Below are positions 45,631 through 60,145 of a DNA stretch of 64,000 bases, piece by piece (position 1 is the first letter of the stretch; every line of letters begins with the position of its first letter). The stretch is from assembly GCA_964016885.1 (NCBI GenBank), contig OZ024747.1, positions 5,766,001 to 5,830,000 on the forward strand. The letters are read 5' to 3'. A program made the translations under genes and the position numbers. Source of the DNA: Eledone cirrhosa. Taxonomy: Eukaryota. The notes beneath the pieces are model-generated. The model saw nothing but the letters and a program-made list of their open reading frames with translations, was not told the DNA's origin and ran no database searches.

Positions 45631-46052
45631 GTAAGTTCTATTTACTTTCTCTTATTGTTTACTTACATTTTAGTTTCTTGTTCTTTATTATTGATTTCAA
45701 ATCCAGCCGAGGTTAGCTTTGTCTTTCATCCTTACGGGATCGATAAAATCAAGCACTGCATGCTGGAGTTTTAACGAAAAAATAATTTAACCAAATAACA
45801 AATATTTTGAAGATCCAAAACGGAGAAAGCAGGCTTTGCTAACATCAATTTTTAATACATGCTATAAAGATCCTTTCTATATATATATACCAGATGTGCT
45901 TTTCGAACCCCTTTTTTTGTATCATTTCCCTTATATAACGTGATCTTTATAAAACATCTTCTAACGTCTTCACTTTATATATATATATATATATATATTT
46001 ATTAAAATTAAAATACAAATATTAATAAAATAGATGTTCTTTTGATCAATTA

Positions 46053-46105
46053 CATTTTATTATACATATTTCGGATGTACAACAGTACGTCCTCATCAGA
46101 CAAAA
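46053..46105 (-). ncRNA. Variant hammerhead-like motif
   Basis: Minus: TTTTGT-CTGATGA-GGACGTAC-TGTT-GTACATCC-GAAA-TATGT-ATAATAAAA. Confidence 0.6.
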
Positions 46106-46384
46106 TATAATGATACATGACATACCGTGAGATGTTAAATGGTTAAGATTTAATCAAGGTAGTGATTAACCTAAGAGAAAATTTAACATTTATACCCTAA
46201 TAATGAGAAAATGCGAAAACGTAATAAATTCAATAGAAAATGTGTGAGTAAGAAAAACGTTGCTTCATGTAACAGTTATAGAGATTTTAAAATGTATGAT
46301 ACTACAATTTATCTAGGAAAACATCTCATGAATCATAACAGCCAGTGATAGCCCCTGGAAAAGGGTTTATAGAAAGGGAAAGAT

Positions 46385-46720
46385 AAATATATATTTATAT
46401 AAAGGACCCCATCGGTCACTAATGGCTATGGTTTTGCGCCAAGAAAGTTTCCTTCCGAGGTACAAGTCTGGGCAAGGTTTGTTTGTGGAAGACCAGCAAT
46501 CGCCCGTGTATACCAGTCTCCCCTCTCCACGCCACAGATGTTGTCCAATGAAAAGGCAAGAGTTGATACAGCTTGGCACCAGTGACATCACAACTCACTT
46601 CTGAGTGAACAGGAGCAACGTGAAATAAAGTGTCTTGCTTCAGGACACAATGTATCACTCGGTCTTAGAATCGATCTCACAACTTCACGAACCTCAAACC
46701 TCTAACCACTAAGCCTTCAC
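46385..46720 (-). mobile_element. SINE S2, near full length
   Basis: Reverse complement of ggcttagtggttag..gatcgattc..tgtgtcctgaagcaagacactttatttcacgttgctcc. Confidence 0.75.
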
Positions 46721-46842
46721 GTATCTATATATATATGTATAGATATATGTTCATGTGTATGTATATACAGTATATATATAAATATATATAAATATATATA
46801 AATATATATAAATATATATAAATATATATAGGAACGAGTAGG

Positions 46843-46938
46843 ACCCCGACGGCTGAGCTCAAGCCGTTTCGACGGCTAATTCTGGACTAAATGAACATTT
46901 TTATCCAGGTATATGAATAGCCGAGCTTCTCAGGGGGT
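46843..46938 (-). ncRNA. Family B full hammerhead with long stem II and core variant CUGAGAA (element ~46829-47091)
   Basis: Minus: ACCCC-CTGAGAA-G..CGGCTATTC..CTGGA..TCCAG-AATTAGCCG..C-GAAA-CGGCT-TGAGCTC-AGCCG-TC|GGGGT. Confidence 0.72.
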
Positions 46939-47688
46939 AATTCCATATATAGTAAAAGTGATTGTCACAAGGATTGGTCAAAAGTTTGTTGTTGAGACAC
47001 ATAATTCTATCATGGCAATTTTTGGAAGGAAGGGGTAGCTGAACCTGCCAGTAGAAGGGAGAGGGGGTGGAGGAAACCCAGTCGTGCGTTTATATATATA
47101 TATATATGAATACATACATATATTCATACATATAGATACATACATACCTTCATACATACACAGACTATATATATATATATATATATATAATAGCAACGAT
47201 GAGGGAAGGCGTGGTACTGTAACATCCGTTTACTATTTCCAAACCAAACATTACCAATATTTTCTGTTATTCTCTGCAATGGCATCATTTCCACTTGATA
47301 GATGTAAACTGTTTTCTTTGCCTAACCCTTCTTTCTCGGACCTACCGCACACCGATCTATGTCTGTATATATCTATATGTATGTGTGTGTATACAGCCTA
47401 GTCTTCATCTATATATTATTTGTATGCTTACGTATCTGTATGCTTACGTATGAGTGTCTATACGGCCCTATATATATATATATATATACGGCCATATATA
47501 TGTACGGCCATATATATCTATATTTATTTATTATATATATGTGTGTGCATATATATGTATGTATATACGTGTGCGTACTTCCCATCCTGCTTTTTTTTTC
47601 TATGTAGCTATCACTTCCTATCCGCTTCCATCACAATATTGAATATTGTCACTTTCTCTACCATCTCTTACTTACACTAACCTTTCTA

Positions 47689-47732
<44 letters not shown>

Positions 47733-47781
47733 CTCTCTCTCTCTCTCTCTCTCTCTTCCTCTCTCTCTTCCTCTCGCTCTT

Positions 47782-47819
<38 letters not shown>

Positions 47820-48361
47820 TCTCTCTCTTTCTTTCTATTTGTCGTTTCTTTTTTCTCTCTCTTAAAACTGAGTTTGTGTCAACCTATAACGTTAGATGTG
47901 ACCTATAAACCTGGGTCTGACCTGTAACGTTAGATGTGACGTGTTCTGTAGGATATGGTTTATTGGTTTCTGTGTGAAACTGCCAGGGTGTGTTCTGGAA
48001 TTTAGGGAGATTAACACACAAATGTATCTCTAAACTTCATCTTTCAATACTCCAGTCTAAAATATAAACGCCATCTTGTAAAAAAAAAATCTAGACAAAA
48101 ATAATTTGAAAATGAGAAACAAAATTCTGAGAGCTCATAAAAATTGCCCTCAATAACATCCAAGGGTTAATGAGATGTGAAATACTGTTCGGGTGCAAAA
48201 TCTAGACGGACAACATTAGTTAGTATTTTGGCGTTCACGGTCACTCGAGTTGTCCTTTGAACTCGTCTGAAGAGCCCATCATGTGGAACGGTTGACCACA
48301 ATGTCTAGTAGGTATTTCCTATCATTTCACGCTGAGATTGCTACCGTATGTACCACAATAT

Positions 48362-48421
<60 letters not shown>

Positions 48422-48447
48422 CGCTCTCTCTCTTTCTCTCTCTTTCT

Positions 48448-48494
<47 letters not shown>

Positions 48495-49182
48495 AAAAAG
48501 AGATGAAATCGAAAATGCAACTGGAGTCTTATTTTTTTTTATTTTTAAAATATATATATTTATTTGGTTCCTTTACCGGTTTCGCAGTTCTTCTGCTTTT
48601 GAAAAGGTGAGTTGAGATGGAGGGTCTGTGGTTTTTCTCACATCTATATATATATAATGTATGTATGTATATATATATATACATTCTCACATATATATAT
48701 ATATATAATGTATGTATGTATATATATAAATATATATGTATTTTGTTATGTATATGTATAAATATATGTATGTATATATAAATATATATGTATATATATG
48801 TATGTATGTATATATATATAAATATATATGTATATGTATGTATGTATATATATAAATATATATGTGTATATATGTATATATATATATGTATATGTATGTA
48901 TATATATAAATATATATATATATATGTATGTATATATATATGTATACATATGTATGTATATATATATGTATATGTATATATGTATATATGTATACATATG
49001 TATCTATACATATGTATGTATATATATATATATATGTATGTATATATATATAAATATATATGTATATATATAAATATATATGTATATATATAAATATATA
49101 TGTATATATATAAATATATATGTATATATATAAATATATATGTATATATATAAATATATATGTATATATATAAATATATATG

Positions 49183-49229
<47 letters not shown>

Positions 49230-49304
49230 CAGGATACTATTTATAGTTATGTGTATTTTAAACTATAAACAGGGAAGGTCAGTAATTTATTACCACCTTA
49301 AAAA

Positions 49305-49351
49305 TGCTCTGAAGATCCCAAGTCTAGGTTTGGAAGAAACAATTGTCAGCG
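49305..49351 (+). ncRNA. Minimal hammerhead ribozyme motif (GUC site) followed by AATAAA
   Basis: TGCT-CTGAAGA-TCCCAAGTC-TA-GGTTTGGAA-GAAA-CAATTG-TC|AGCG. Confidence 0.82.
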
Positions 49352-49390
49352 AATAAATGTTTTGAACATAGCTTTGATTCTTGTGAATTT

Positions 49391-49460
<70 letters not shown>

Positions 49461-49649
49461 CATTATCGGAGAAAGCTTTTAGCGATACTCCGACCAAATT
49501 CCAACTCACTCAACAAACATTAGGAAATAAGTGAGTATATTCCTAATTAAACGTTCGGGGTGCTAACTAAATGTATTGTGTGGAAAATTGGCTGTATTAT
49601 TTCATATGAGACATATATATAGAATCGCCAAGAATGGACAGAATGGAGA

Positions 49650-49930
49650 AGGGGTTTCCCCGGGTGACGGCAAGGGAGACGCGCTCTCTGTAATCCAATT
49701 CCATATTCAAAATATTCTATTATTCCCTCATTGATGGTGTCTAAGTATATCTTCTTAGTCTTCACCATTCTTACAACTTATCACAGGTTTTCTGAACTGG
49801 CCATCTTATTCCCAGCATTCGTCTTTATGTTCACTTCTTAAGGTGTCTAAAATCTTTTCGGTAAACTGTGAATGTCTTCTACCATCTGGAGAACATTTCA
49901 ATATAGTTCTTCCTAGTTTCCATATCAATG
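49650..49930 (-). mobile_element. Highly degenerate RTE-like LINE remnant
   Basis: Minus reads MET..RRMLGIRWP with stops. Confidence 0.35.
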
Positions 49931-50174
49931 TTGCTATATTTTAGTATGTTTGGTACACACGCACACGCACGCACACACATATGAGCGTACAGAACGAGTA
50001 CGCACACATATACGTATACACACACATATATATGTCTGTGTGTGTGTGTGTGTGTATTTATATATATATATATATAGAGTATGTGTGTGTGTAAAAGGTA
50101 AACAGAAATAACAACACAAACGGTACAGTATATGGAAGGGGTATATTAGTTTAACGCTTGAAGTAGCAGGAATA

Positions 50175-50215
<41 letters not shown>

Positions 50216-50965
50216 GAGAGAGAAATAAATTGACAGATAGATATACACATGCGTTTCATTCTGTACATTAAATATATAGACAAGTACATCGTTATATGTA
50301 TATATGTGTATATAATATATGTGTATATAATATATATATGTGTATATAACATGTGTATATAATATGTGTATATAATTTATATGTGTATATAATATATGTG
50401 TATATATAATATATATGTATATATAATATATATGTGTATAATATATATGTGTGTATATAATATATATGTATATATAATATATATGTGTATAATATATATG
50501 TGTGTATATAATATATACATAAATTGGGAATGATATAATCAATATATGAGTTTGCATGTGAACGTAGGAATTAATATACACACATGGACACACACATGGC
50601 ACTGACACACATACACATGGACACACACATGGCACTGACACACATACACATGGACACACACACACATGCCACTGACACACACGCACACACACACACATGG
50701 ACACACACACACACATAGACACACATACACATGTAAAAACACACTCACACATATACGTATGAATTAATATACGTATGTTGCATACATATATATGTGTGTG
50801 TGTGTGTGTGTGTATAAACATACAGATGTATATGTATATAAACATATATGTATGTATATGCATATATATGTGTATGTATATATATATATACATACACATA
50901 TATATGTACATACATATACTTTTATATATGCTCATAGATGTATATATATATATATAAATAAATGA

Positions 50966-51020
<55 letters not shown>

Positions 51021-51042
51021 GTGGATACATGTGCACACATAA

Positions 51043-51077
<35 letters not shown>

Positions 51078-51376
51078 TACTCTCTCGCACACACACACCA
51101 TGTCCAAAAGCTTTTAAGGGTCACTTAAGGAAATGTCTTACGTTGTCATTGACCGGGGCGAATGGAAGTTTACACGGAACTGATGAGGGAATAAAATTTT
51201 ATGATTATTATTGATTTTTGAACTGTCACCGGTACTTCCGGTGTCAGATAATATATATTGCTGTTATCTATCTGTGTGTGTGTGTGTGTGTTTAGGATAA
51301 TCCTCTACATTGGTATTAGTATGTATGCGTGAACACACTCATACACACACATAGGTATATTATTATATATCTTATG

Positions 51377-51558
51377 GGCGGTGGATTGGCAGTATCGGTA
51401 GAGGGTCGGACGCCATGCTTTCAGTTACGTCCCTTTACAGTCTGCGTTCAAATCCCGTCGAGGTTGACTTTGCCTTTCGTCCTTACGGGGTCGATAAAAT
51501 AAAGTACCAGTAATGTACTGGGTTATTGCTGGCCTTGTGCCTAAAGTAGAAACAATTA
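51377..51558 (+). mobile_element. SINE S1
   Basis: Full copy; attattatatatct on both flanks. Confidence 0.85.
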
Positions 51559-51732
51559 TTATATATCTCATCTCATATATATATATAGAGAGAGAGAGGA
51601 GGGGGGCAAGACAACAAAGACAAACAGGTAAATAGATATGTTTCTTTATTTGCCACAAGGACGTAGCCGTAGATAGACAGATAGGTGTATAGATAGGTGT
51701 ATAGATAGATAGGTGTATAGATAGATAGACAG

Positions 51733-52846
51733 ATATGTTTCTTTATTAGCCACAGGGGCACAAAAGAAGGGGACAAATACAAAAGGGGAAGTTTACATAC
51801 AATAAAAACGTGTAAAATATTATCACAAATGCAATTTAAAAAGTTAGTCGATTTTCCCCAATAGGGGGAGACAGTTCATATGGGTAACACATACCCCCGA
51901 AAAAATGTGCAACCCTCATCTCCAGGAGTACGAAGAGTTTGTACTCCTTTCCTCTCCTCCTCTTTTTCCTCAACCTAAGGGCTTATATAGAGAGAAGGCC
52001 CATTCACTCGGGCCATTCTCACCACTTTCACCCACCTTTCATAAAACTTGCTGGGGTACAGCACCTCTCTCTCCATCCTGACTCTTCTTCTAAAGTGGTA
52101 TTGGAAAAAAAGAATCAGTTGTTTGCCGGAGAGAAAGGTGTCTGACCTCAGCCCTTCCAACCTTGTCCACCATACAACCTCTTTCGCTATAGCTATCACA
52201 CAAAGGAAAACCACCTCTCCTTCGTTTTTGAAGGAGGGTGGCGGTTTGATCATGACAATGGACTCGATGGTCAACCGGATTGGTCCCACCCGCGACAATA
52301 GTCGTTCTACATAGCCCCACAGGTCGGTGACGCCCGGGCAGTGTATGAATGCGTGCGCGACGGTTACTTCGTCTCGCACGCACCTCGGACAGATCTTTTT
52401 TGCAGGGTCCCTGCCCGGGCGCCCATGTCTGTAGAGCTTGTCTCGAACTGGTAGAGCTCCTCGGTAGCACTGCCAGGCCAGGGACTTTTGGAAGTTGTCC
52501 ATCGGTCCCGGGCGGAAGGTCCTACCGAACAGACTGGCCAGTTCGTCTTCCCCTACGCCTAGAGTTTCACCGAGCACGTCGTCGCACTTGCTGCGGATCA
52601 ACCCTCTATAGAATGACGAAGTGGAGTCTCCACTGATCGCCGGGTCCGCCTGCCAGAGGGCTGTGAGCGCCTGAGCACATTCGATGTGCCAGTCGCCCAT
52701 TTTCCTCGGTCTTTGCTTGACCCAGGACTGCAGCTCGATCAGCGAGACGAATCGTGGTAAGGCTCGCCTCACGAACGGGGCCCACACCGGTTGTCCGGTG
52801 AGGAATACGTAGAGATGCCGCAGCCTGAGCGCGTGTTTGCGCATCG
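51733..52846 (-). mobile_element. Tx1/L1-clade LINE, 5'-truncated (ORF2 C-terminus to stop at 51975, plus 3'UTR), in (TAGA)n
   Basis: Open frame with LAWQCYRGALPVRDKL..CPRC....ETVAH-like..HC zf-RVT knuckle; AATAAA end; (TAGA)n on both flanks. Confidence 0.88.
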
Positions 52847-52896
52847 ATGGATAGATAGGTGTATAGATGTATAGATAGATAGACAGACAGACGGAC

Positions 52897-52951
<55 letters not shown>

Positions 52952-53392
52952 GATAGATAGATGTATAGATAGATAGATGGATAAACATATAGATAGAATG
53001 ACAACCAGATAGATGGACAGACAGACAGACAGACAGACAAATAGATAGATAAATAGATAGATAGATAGATAGGTTGACAGATAGACATGCAACAGATAAA
53101 TAGATAGATTCAGGAGAGAGAAAGGTATAATGGGCGGGGAGGATATTTGTGGGGGCTAGTTGAGTACCCAATTCAATATGTCATGAAGGCGACAGCTAGT
53201 ATAAATTTACCCATTGGATTTGACGACTTCTTCCTGTCGTCTTTCTAAAGAATCATCGAAACTATCTGAAGGAAATGACGACTTGTCATATTGTTCCCAC
53301 AGATGGTCAAACATATACAAACCTACATCTAGCTAACTGATGACTGTTTAACACTGCCTAGAACACGCAACGTATCTATATATGTATATGAC

Positions 53393-53795
53393 GACCCCTT
53401 AGCCTTTGTCAAGGCACAATTCTAGGAGAAGGAAAACTCTGATATAACACCTGCAACCCTGATGGTATCCAATGATGTTGACTTGTTCTTCTTTTTGGTA
53501 AATATCATCTTGGTTAAGAGAGTGGGACTGGCTTTGTGCTGTGCCTTTGCTCACTATAAAAGCTTCACGGCACAGGCATTGCTTTATATCTGGAGATCTC
53601 TCTGCATTTGTCGTCACATGGTACCATGGGCCCAGCACTATATGTCAATAATTGTCACAAGTGTAGTGTTTGTACCAGAGTTTTCAAGTCGCTGGCTGGA
53701 CTAAAAAGTCACACTCGTTCAGCGCATCGGTAGGGGTTCTCCTACATGGATATAAAGTAGTGGCCGTACTCGAAAACGAGTTGGCAGCCACTATG
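53393..53795 (+). mobile_element. Second copy of the bipartite RTE-derived element, with 3' stem-loop and (TATG)n tail
   Basis: Near-identical to 6628-6975; [23 protein letters not shown]-stop; tail ctcgaaaacgag; a tail-only relative at 54095-54140. Confidence 0.7.
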
Positions 53796-53811
53796 TATGT
53801 ATGTATATATG

Positions 53812-53913
<102 letters not shown>

Positions 53914-53936
53914 CATATATACATTCATACATATAT

Positions 53937-54015
<79 letters not shown>

Positions 54016-54061
54016 TGTATATATATATATATTATTTTTATTTATTTATTATTATCATTAA

Positions 54062-54095
<34 letters not shown>

Positions 54096-54403
54096 TCGTG
54101 CAATGGCCATACTCGATAACGAGGGGGCAGCTATCATATGTATGTATATATGTATTAGAGGCGGTGGAAGGATTTCTGAATTGGTGGGTGGGGTGCGAAT
54201 TTGGACAGTGATTAGTTCTGGTGATTAGCTTAGCTCTCTGCACTCTAAAATGGTCAGAAAACTTCGGTATACGATAAACATAACCTACATAAATTGTAGC
54301 GCAAATAGCTCAGCAAGCCCTTTCAAGCTCGAAAAGGGCAAGTTGAAAACACAAACCAAAACCGCTTGGCGGCGCGGTCGAGATTTTTCATCTCTCTCTC
54401 TCT

Positions 54404-54457
<54 letters not shown>

Positions 54458-54460
<3 letters not shown>

Positions 54461-54772
54461 TTGATCAAAGATACATACTGTATTTAAGGTCGAGTGGCGC
54501 AATTTTTAGTGAGCAGCGGCCTTTAGACTCACCTGATCAATGAAACAATTGTTAATACTGTAAATAAAACCCTTTTTGTACAGCCGACCATGTTATTCTT
54601 CACTCTTTCACTATTATTACTCCAAGAATAACCTACATGGGAATCCTCGCAAACTCGCCACCTGACCAAGGAAACCTCTTGTTGAGTCAAACAACGCCGT
54701 ACATTAAAACTATCCATAGTACAGAGTACTCACAACCTCTAACTGGATTACCTAAAACGATAACTTGTTATC

Positions 54773-54775
<3 letters not shown>
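54458..54775 (+). mobile_element. PLE-like family D with hammerhead 3' half (GAAA-CAATTG-TT at 54542)
   Basis: Homologous to 10462; in (TA)n; AATAAA follows; CTGANGA not present. Confidence 0.6.
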
Positions 54776-54828
<53 letters not shown>

Positions 54829-55038
54829 TTTTAATCGTTGATCAATCAATGATAAACATTGATTGACAGATAAATTAACTATGGAGATATAAAAGATACA
54901 GAAACGAAAACCACCCAAATAGTGAGTGTGTTCTGTTATTATTTCTGGCAATATTATAACAATATGTCCCTCCCCAAGTATATATACATATTAAGAGTGA
55001 CAAAGGCACTGTGTGGTTATTAATAAATATTGAACCTA

Positions 55039-55109
<71 letters not shown>

Positions 55110-56207
55110 ATTACATATATTCAAACCTGAATCTGCTTGAGCAGTTCTAATAAGCCTTATTCCTCTCTACTTAATTGATTTGGGTACGTTTCGCTGCACG
55201 GCAATATACATCAGTTTGAACACAATATACACACGGAGTGACATTTTGCATGTATGTGTGTGTGTGTGTGTGTGTGTGTGCGTGCGTGTGCGTGTGTGTG
55301 TGTTAAATGTGGTTTATCAGCTTAAGTGAGGTGACGTAGGTACACATGAAAATGAAACCGTGACATCTAATCTACTTCGTTTTATGATGCCTGCTGAAAG
55401 ATATTAGAGTGCACCAGTTTAAACCTGGGCCCTAGACGACTGAATGAAGGGACCTCTACGTCAGGGGTGGAGTGGGGGACATTTTTAGTACATAGTGCAA
55501 AATGCGAATGCATAAGAAAAAACCAGGAACTTGTCTGAGCTGAGAAAAATAATACATTTTTAATTTTACGAATTCACAGGTGTGTAATATATATTAAATT
55601 ACAGCTTTGGTGTTGAAACTAAAACTTTTTTGTTAGTGTGGGATGGGGGGTTTCTTTACGGTGCGGAGTGGGTGTTTCTTTAGGGGAAGTTAGAGAGTTT
55701 GTAAGTGTGCAGTTTCAAGCTTTAATGCGAATGAAATATGACCTGAATTTGAGGTATTCCGCCACCCCGTTCTATGTAGTCGATCGACCTGCTAAAGATA
55801 GTTGTAAGACCTTTCTCAAATATCACATTAGATCAGAGATTCTTAGAGTGGGCACTACCACCCACCCCTACTGGGAGGGGGCTGTAAGAAGGTCCAGGGG
55901 GTGCTGGAGCCTAAGAGGGCAATGGTAGAGGGTGGGGGTAGAGATATAATAGCATATTAGATATCAAATGATACATATATATATAAATATAGTAAAATAA
56001 AAAAATATATAATATTTATTTACACATAGTATATATTATATTATTTATTATAAATAAATTAACGATTTTATTTATTATATATTATTTACAATTTGTGTGT
56101 AGGTAGGTCTCTCTGGAAATAGGGGTTGTATTTGTATTGCAAGATTTCTTGTATGAAAACGTATGTTGAACAGATATTGTTATAGAATATTATTTAGAAA
56201 ATTATAA

Positions 56208-56390
56208 TAATTGTTTCTACTTTAGGCACAAGGCCAGCAATTACCCAGTACATTACTGGTACTTTATTTTATCGACTCCGTAAGGATGAAAGGCAAAGTT
56301 AACCCCGGCGGGATTTGAACTCAGATCATAAAGGGACGTAACTATGCTAGAAAGCATGGCGTCCAATCCTCTACCGATACTGCCAAATCC
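56208..56390 (-). mobile_element. SINE S1, abutting a family A-related tail (56391-56468)
   Basis: Full reverse-complement copy. Confidence 0.85.
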
Positions 56391-56461
56391 AGAATAATAA
56401 ATTGAATTGAAGTCCAACAGATGCCTGTGTTTTTAATGGCAGCATGACCCTCCCAAAGTAT

Positions 56462-56545
<84 letters not shown>

Positions 56546-56609
56546 GGTATAAATCGAAGTGTTGTACCCGCAGTAGAGCAGATACCCATCGATTTGTTTG
56601 ATATATATA

Positions 56610-56773
56610 TAACAAAGAGGGTATGGTAAGATGCCAGGTGGACCATAACGCACCAGTGTACTCAATACTTAGGTTAGTAGAGTGGGTAATATGAAAAGAG
56701 TCAGGACCCCGACGGCTGAGCTACGGCCGTTTCGACAGCTAGATCCATTCGTATCTAGCTGTCGAAACGGCTA
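56610..56773 (-). mobile_element. PLE-like family B with inverted 5' junction, in (TA)n
   Basis: gccgtttcgacagctagat-ccattcgt-atctagctgtcgaaacggc. Confidence 0.75.
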
Positions 56774-56946
56774 TATATATATCAATTTATATGGCTACGA
56801 TCATACAAAATGAATCAAAAGAAGTGGGTGCAGACAAAGGAAAACCATAGGATAGTCCTTTCTCATCAGTTGACCGTTAGTGATTCTCCTTGGTTCGGTT
56901 CTTCTCACTTTTTATATATTTATTTCATCTTTTATTTCTTATTCGT

Positions 56947-56982
56947 TCTTCTGATGAAGGACTAGTGTCCGAAACGTTAAGA
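56947..56982 (+). ncRNA. Minimal hammerhead ribozyme motif (family E element, ~56880-57070)
   Basis: TCTT-CTGATGA-A-GGAC-TAGT-GTCC-GAAA-CG-TT|AAGA. Confidence 0.82.
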
Positions 56983-57071
56983 TTCTTTTTTCTATTATTT
57001 CAAGCGTTAAACTAATATATTTCTTCATAGCACTGTGTTGTTTGCTTGTTATTTATGTTTATTTTTCACAG

Positions 57072-57120
<49 letters not shown>

Positions 57121-57509
57121 GGTATATCTTACATAAATGAAAAAAAAAAGAAACCCACAATGAGGAAGTAAGAAAGACAGAAAGAAAGAAAGACAGTAAA
57201 GGAGGGAGGAGGGGTTGCCAGGAAAGAGTGAGAGGATGAGGCAGAGAGAGAGAGAGAAAGACAGGGGGAGTGAGGAAGAAAGTGAGGAAGAGATAAGAAA
57301 GTGATAAAGAAAAGAACGGCAAGTGACGACGAAAGTCAAAGTCCAAGAAATTGGCTTCAGTCGTCTGTTTATTCGTGCGATGTTGATATGTTTGATGTCG
57401 TCTGCTTCATTCAATTTAGGTCAGAGGTTTTGACGGGAGAAAAACGGTAAGACAGGCAGGAAACCCAACTTAAATAAACAGTAGATCTCTCGCATTGTTG
57501 CTTCATTTT

Positions 57510-57560
<51 letters not shown>

Positions 57561-57631
57561 GTGTGTACGTATATGTGTGTGTGTGTGTGTACGTATATAT
57601 ATATATATATGTGTGTGTATGTATATATATC

Positions 57632-57816
57632 CGTATGTGGTTGACGGCTGAGAGAAAAGAGTACTCAATACCGAAGTAGAGTTTTAATATTCATTTTCAT
57701 TAAGGCTAAATAGTGAGTCTTGTTACTCTGGAGTTTCGCCTGTTTATCCCTGTGATAAACAGGTGAAACTCCAGAGTAACAAGACTCACTATTTAGTCTT
57801 AATGAAAATGAATATT
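57632..57816 (-). mobile_element. PLE-like fragment: 63-bp-arm palindrome (57686-57816) folded inside hammerhead stem II
   Basis: Each arm has GAAA-CTC-CA-GAG-TA (helix III + GUA); the long arm carries GTATTGAGTAC; a related piece at 43873-43920. Confidence 0.7.
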
Positions 57817-59084
57817 TACATATATATACATATATATATATATAATCAGTCCATTTGAAAGGATGTCTTGTGCGGCTAAGATCTTATATAATTAATTTTA
57901 AAATGTGTGGGCAAAGACTACGTTAAAATGGGTGACTTACTCTGTTTACCTCCCATATGATCCGCAGGGGGATTTGAATTCTGAATGCAAACCCAAACAC
58001 CGGAAAAGATACCTCAAGATATCTCGTCTGTAATTCTAAGAAAATCCGCCAGTCGACCTCAATAGACCGAATCTTTATTTATCAATCAACGGAAGGATGA
58101 AAGGCAAGGTTGACCTCGGCGGAAGTTAAATTCAGAATGAAAAATATGCTGAAATATATAAATACAGCAAAACATTTTGTTCGATGCTCCATCACTTCTG
58201 ACAATTTCGTTGTCTTAAGAGGAAAGAAAATCTTCTGGCTGATATGTAAGTGTTAAAGAAAACATGGCGGGTTTAAGACAAGTGGTAAAGAAAATAAGAG
58301 GAGTGTGATACAAGTGGTAAAACATAAGAAAGAAGGAGAAATAAGGGGAGAGATGAGAAGGTGTGGTGGGTTGTAAAAATGGTGCAGTTATGTAGGTGAT
58401 AATAGAATTACTAATAGTTAAGGGTAGGTGGTACTGACTATTTCAAAGTCGACCTTCATCCACCCCGGGTAGACAGCTACACTGACAAACATGTAAACTG
58501 ATATAAATATCATTTCAAGTACAGAACAGGCACACACACACATACTCGCACACTAACACACATACTCACACACTAACACACATACTCACACACTAACACA
58601 CATACTCACACATACTCACACACTAACACACATACTCACACACTAACACACATACTCACACACTAACACACACAGGCACACACAAACACACACAGGCACA
58701 CACAAACACACACAAACACACACAAACATACACACAAGCATACACAAACACACACAGACACACACAGGAACACACACACACACACACAAACACACACAGG
58801 CACACACAAGCACACAGAAGCACACACAAACATGCACAAACATACACAAGCACACATACACATACACTAACACACACAAACATACACTAACCAACACAAA
58901 CACACACTAACTTACACAAACATACACACACACACACTAACATACACAACATACACAAACACTCACTAACACACTAACACACACTAACACACACAAGCAC
59001 GCACAAACACACACTAACATACACGTGAATATATATTTATATACATATATATATATATGTGTGTATGTGTGTGTGGATTATATA

Positions 59085-59122
<38 letters not shown>

Positions 59123-59321
59123 GTGTATTCACATGCTGGAAAACGCATGCTTACATATACACACTCAGCCATACAATGTACACACTCAGGCAATACATCT
59201 ACATATATATACACACCTAATGTCCCACACACTCCTAGCCATACCTTTATACATACATTTATATGTTTATATAACCTCACTTCTTTCTTTTTCATATTAT
59301 TATTTATACTCTTTCTCTCTC

Positions 59322-59354
<33 letters not shown>

Positions 59355-59522
59355 AGTATGTATATATATGTTTATATATATGTGTGTGTGTATGTATATA
59401 TATATGTGTGTGTGTGTGTATATATGTGTGTGTGTGTATATATATATGTGTGTGTGTATTTATATGTGTGTATTTATTTATATATATATATATATATATT
59501 CTTCCATACATGTATATACAGC

Positions 59523-59580
<58 letters not shown>

Positions 59581-59667
59581 TCCCTCTCCCTCTCTCTCTC
59601 TCTCTCTCACGCCCTTTTTTGAATGTGTTTACTTTTTATATAAATGCGTTGAAATAAACAAACGCAG

Positions 59668-59712
<45 letters not shown>

Positions 59713-59870
59713 CACTCGTGTTTATATATACACTCATATATTGATGATATAATGTAAAAACAGTTGAACACATGGATGTACATGTGTGTATATAGGTATA
59801 TACTATTTCATTCGTGTACATGCGTAGAGCACTAATGGTTTTATGAGTGTCTTTCCATATATATATATAC

Positions 59871-59911
<41 letters not shown>

Positions 59912-60012
59912 TATACATATATATACATATATATATATATATACATATATATACATATATATACATATATATATACATATATATATACATATATATATAT
60001 ACATATATATAC

Positions 60013-60055
<43 letters not shown>

Positions 60056-60062
60056 CATATAT

Positions 60063-60145
<83 letters not shown>

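Noticed and set aside
48100-48170. piggyBac-like end (AGGGTTAA); hAT-like starts at 9466, 12650 and 54157
   Set aside because: No partner TIR or TSD found.
52847-53171. N-terminal part of the 398-aa ORF
   Set aside because: Read-through of (TCTA)/(TA) microsatellite; only 51975-52846 is LINE ORF2.
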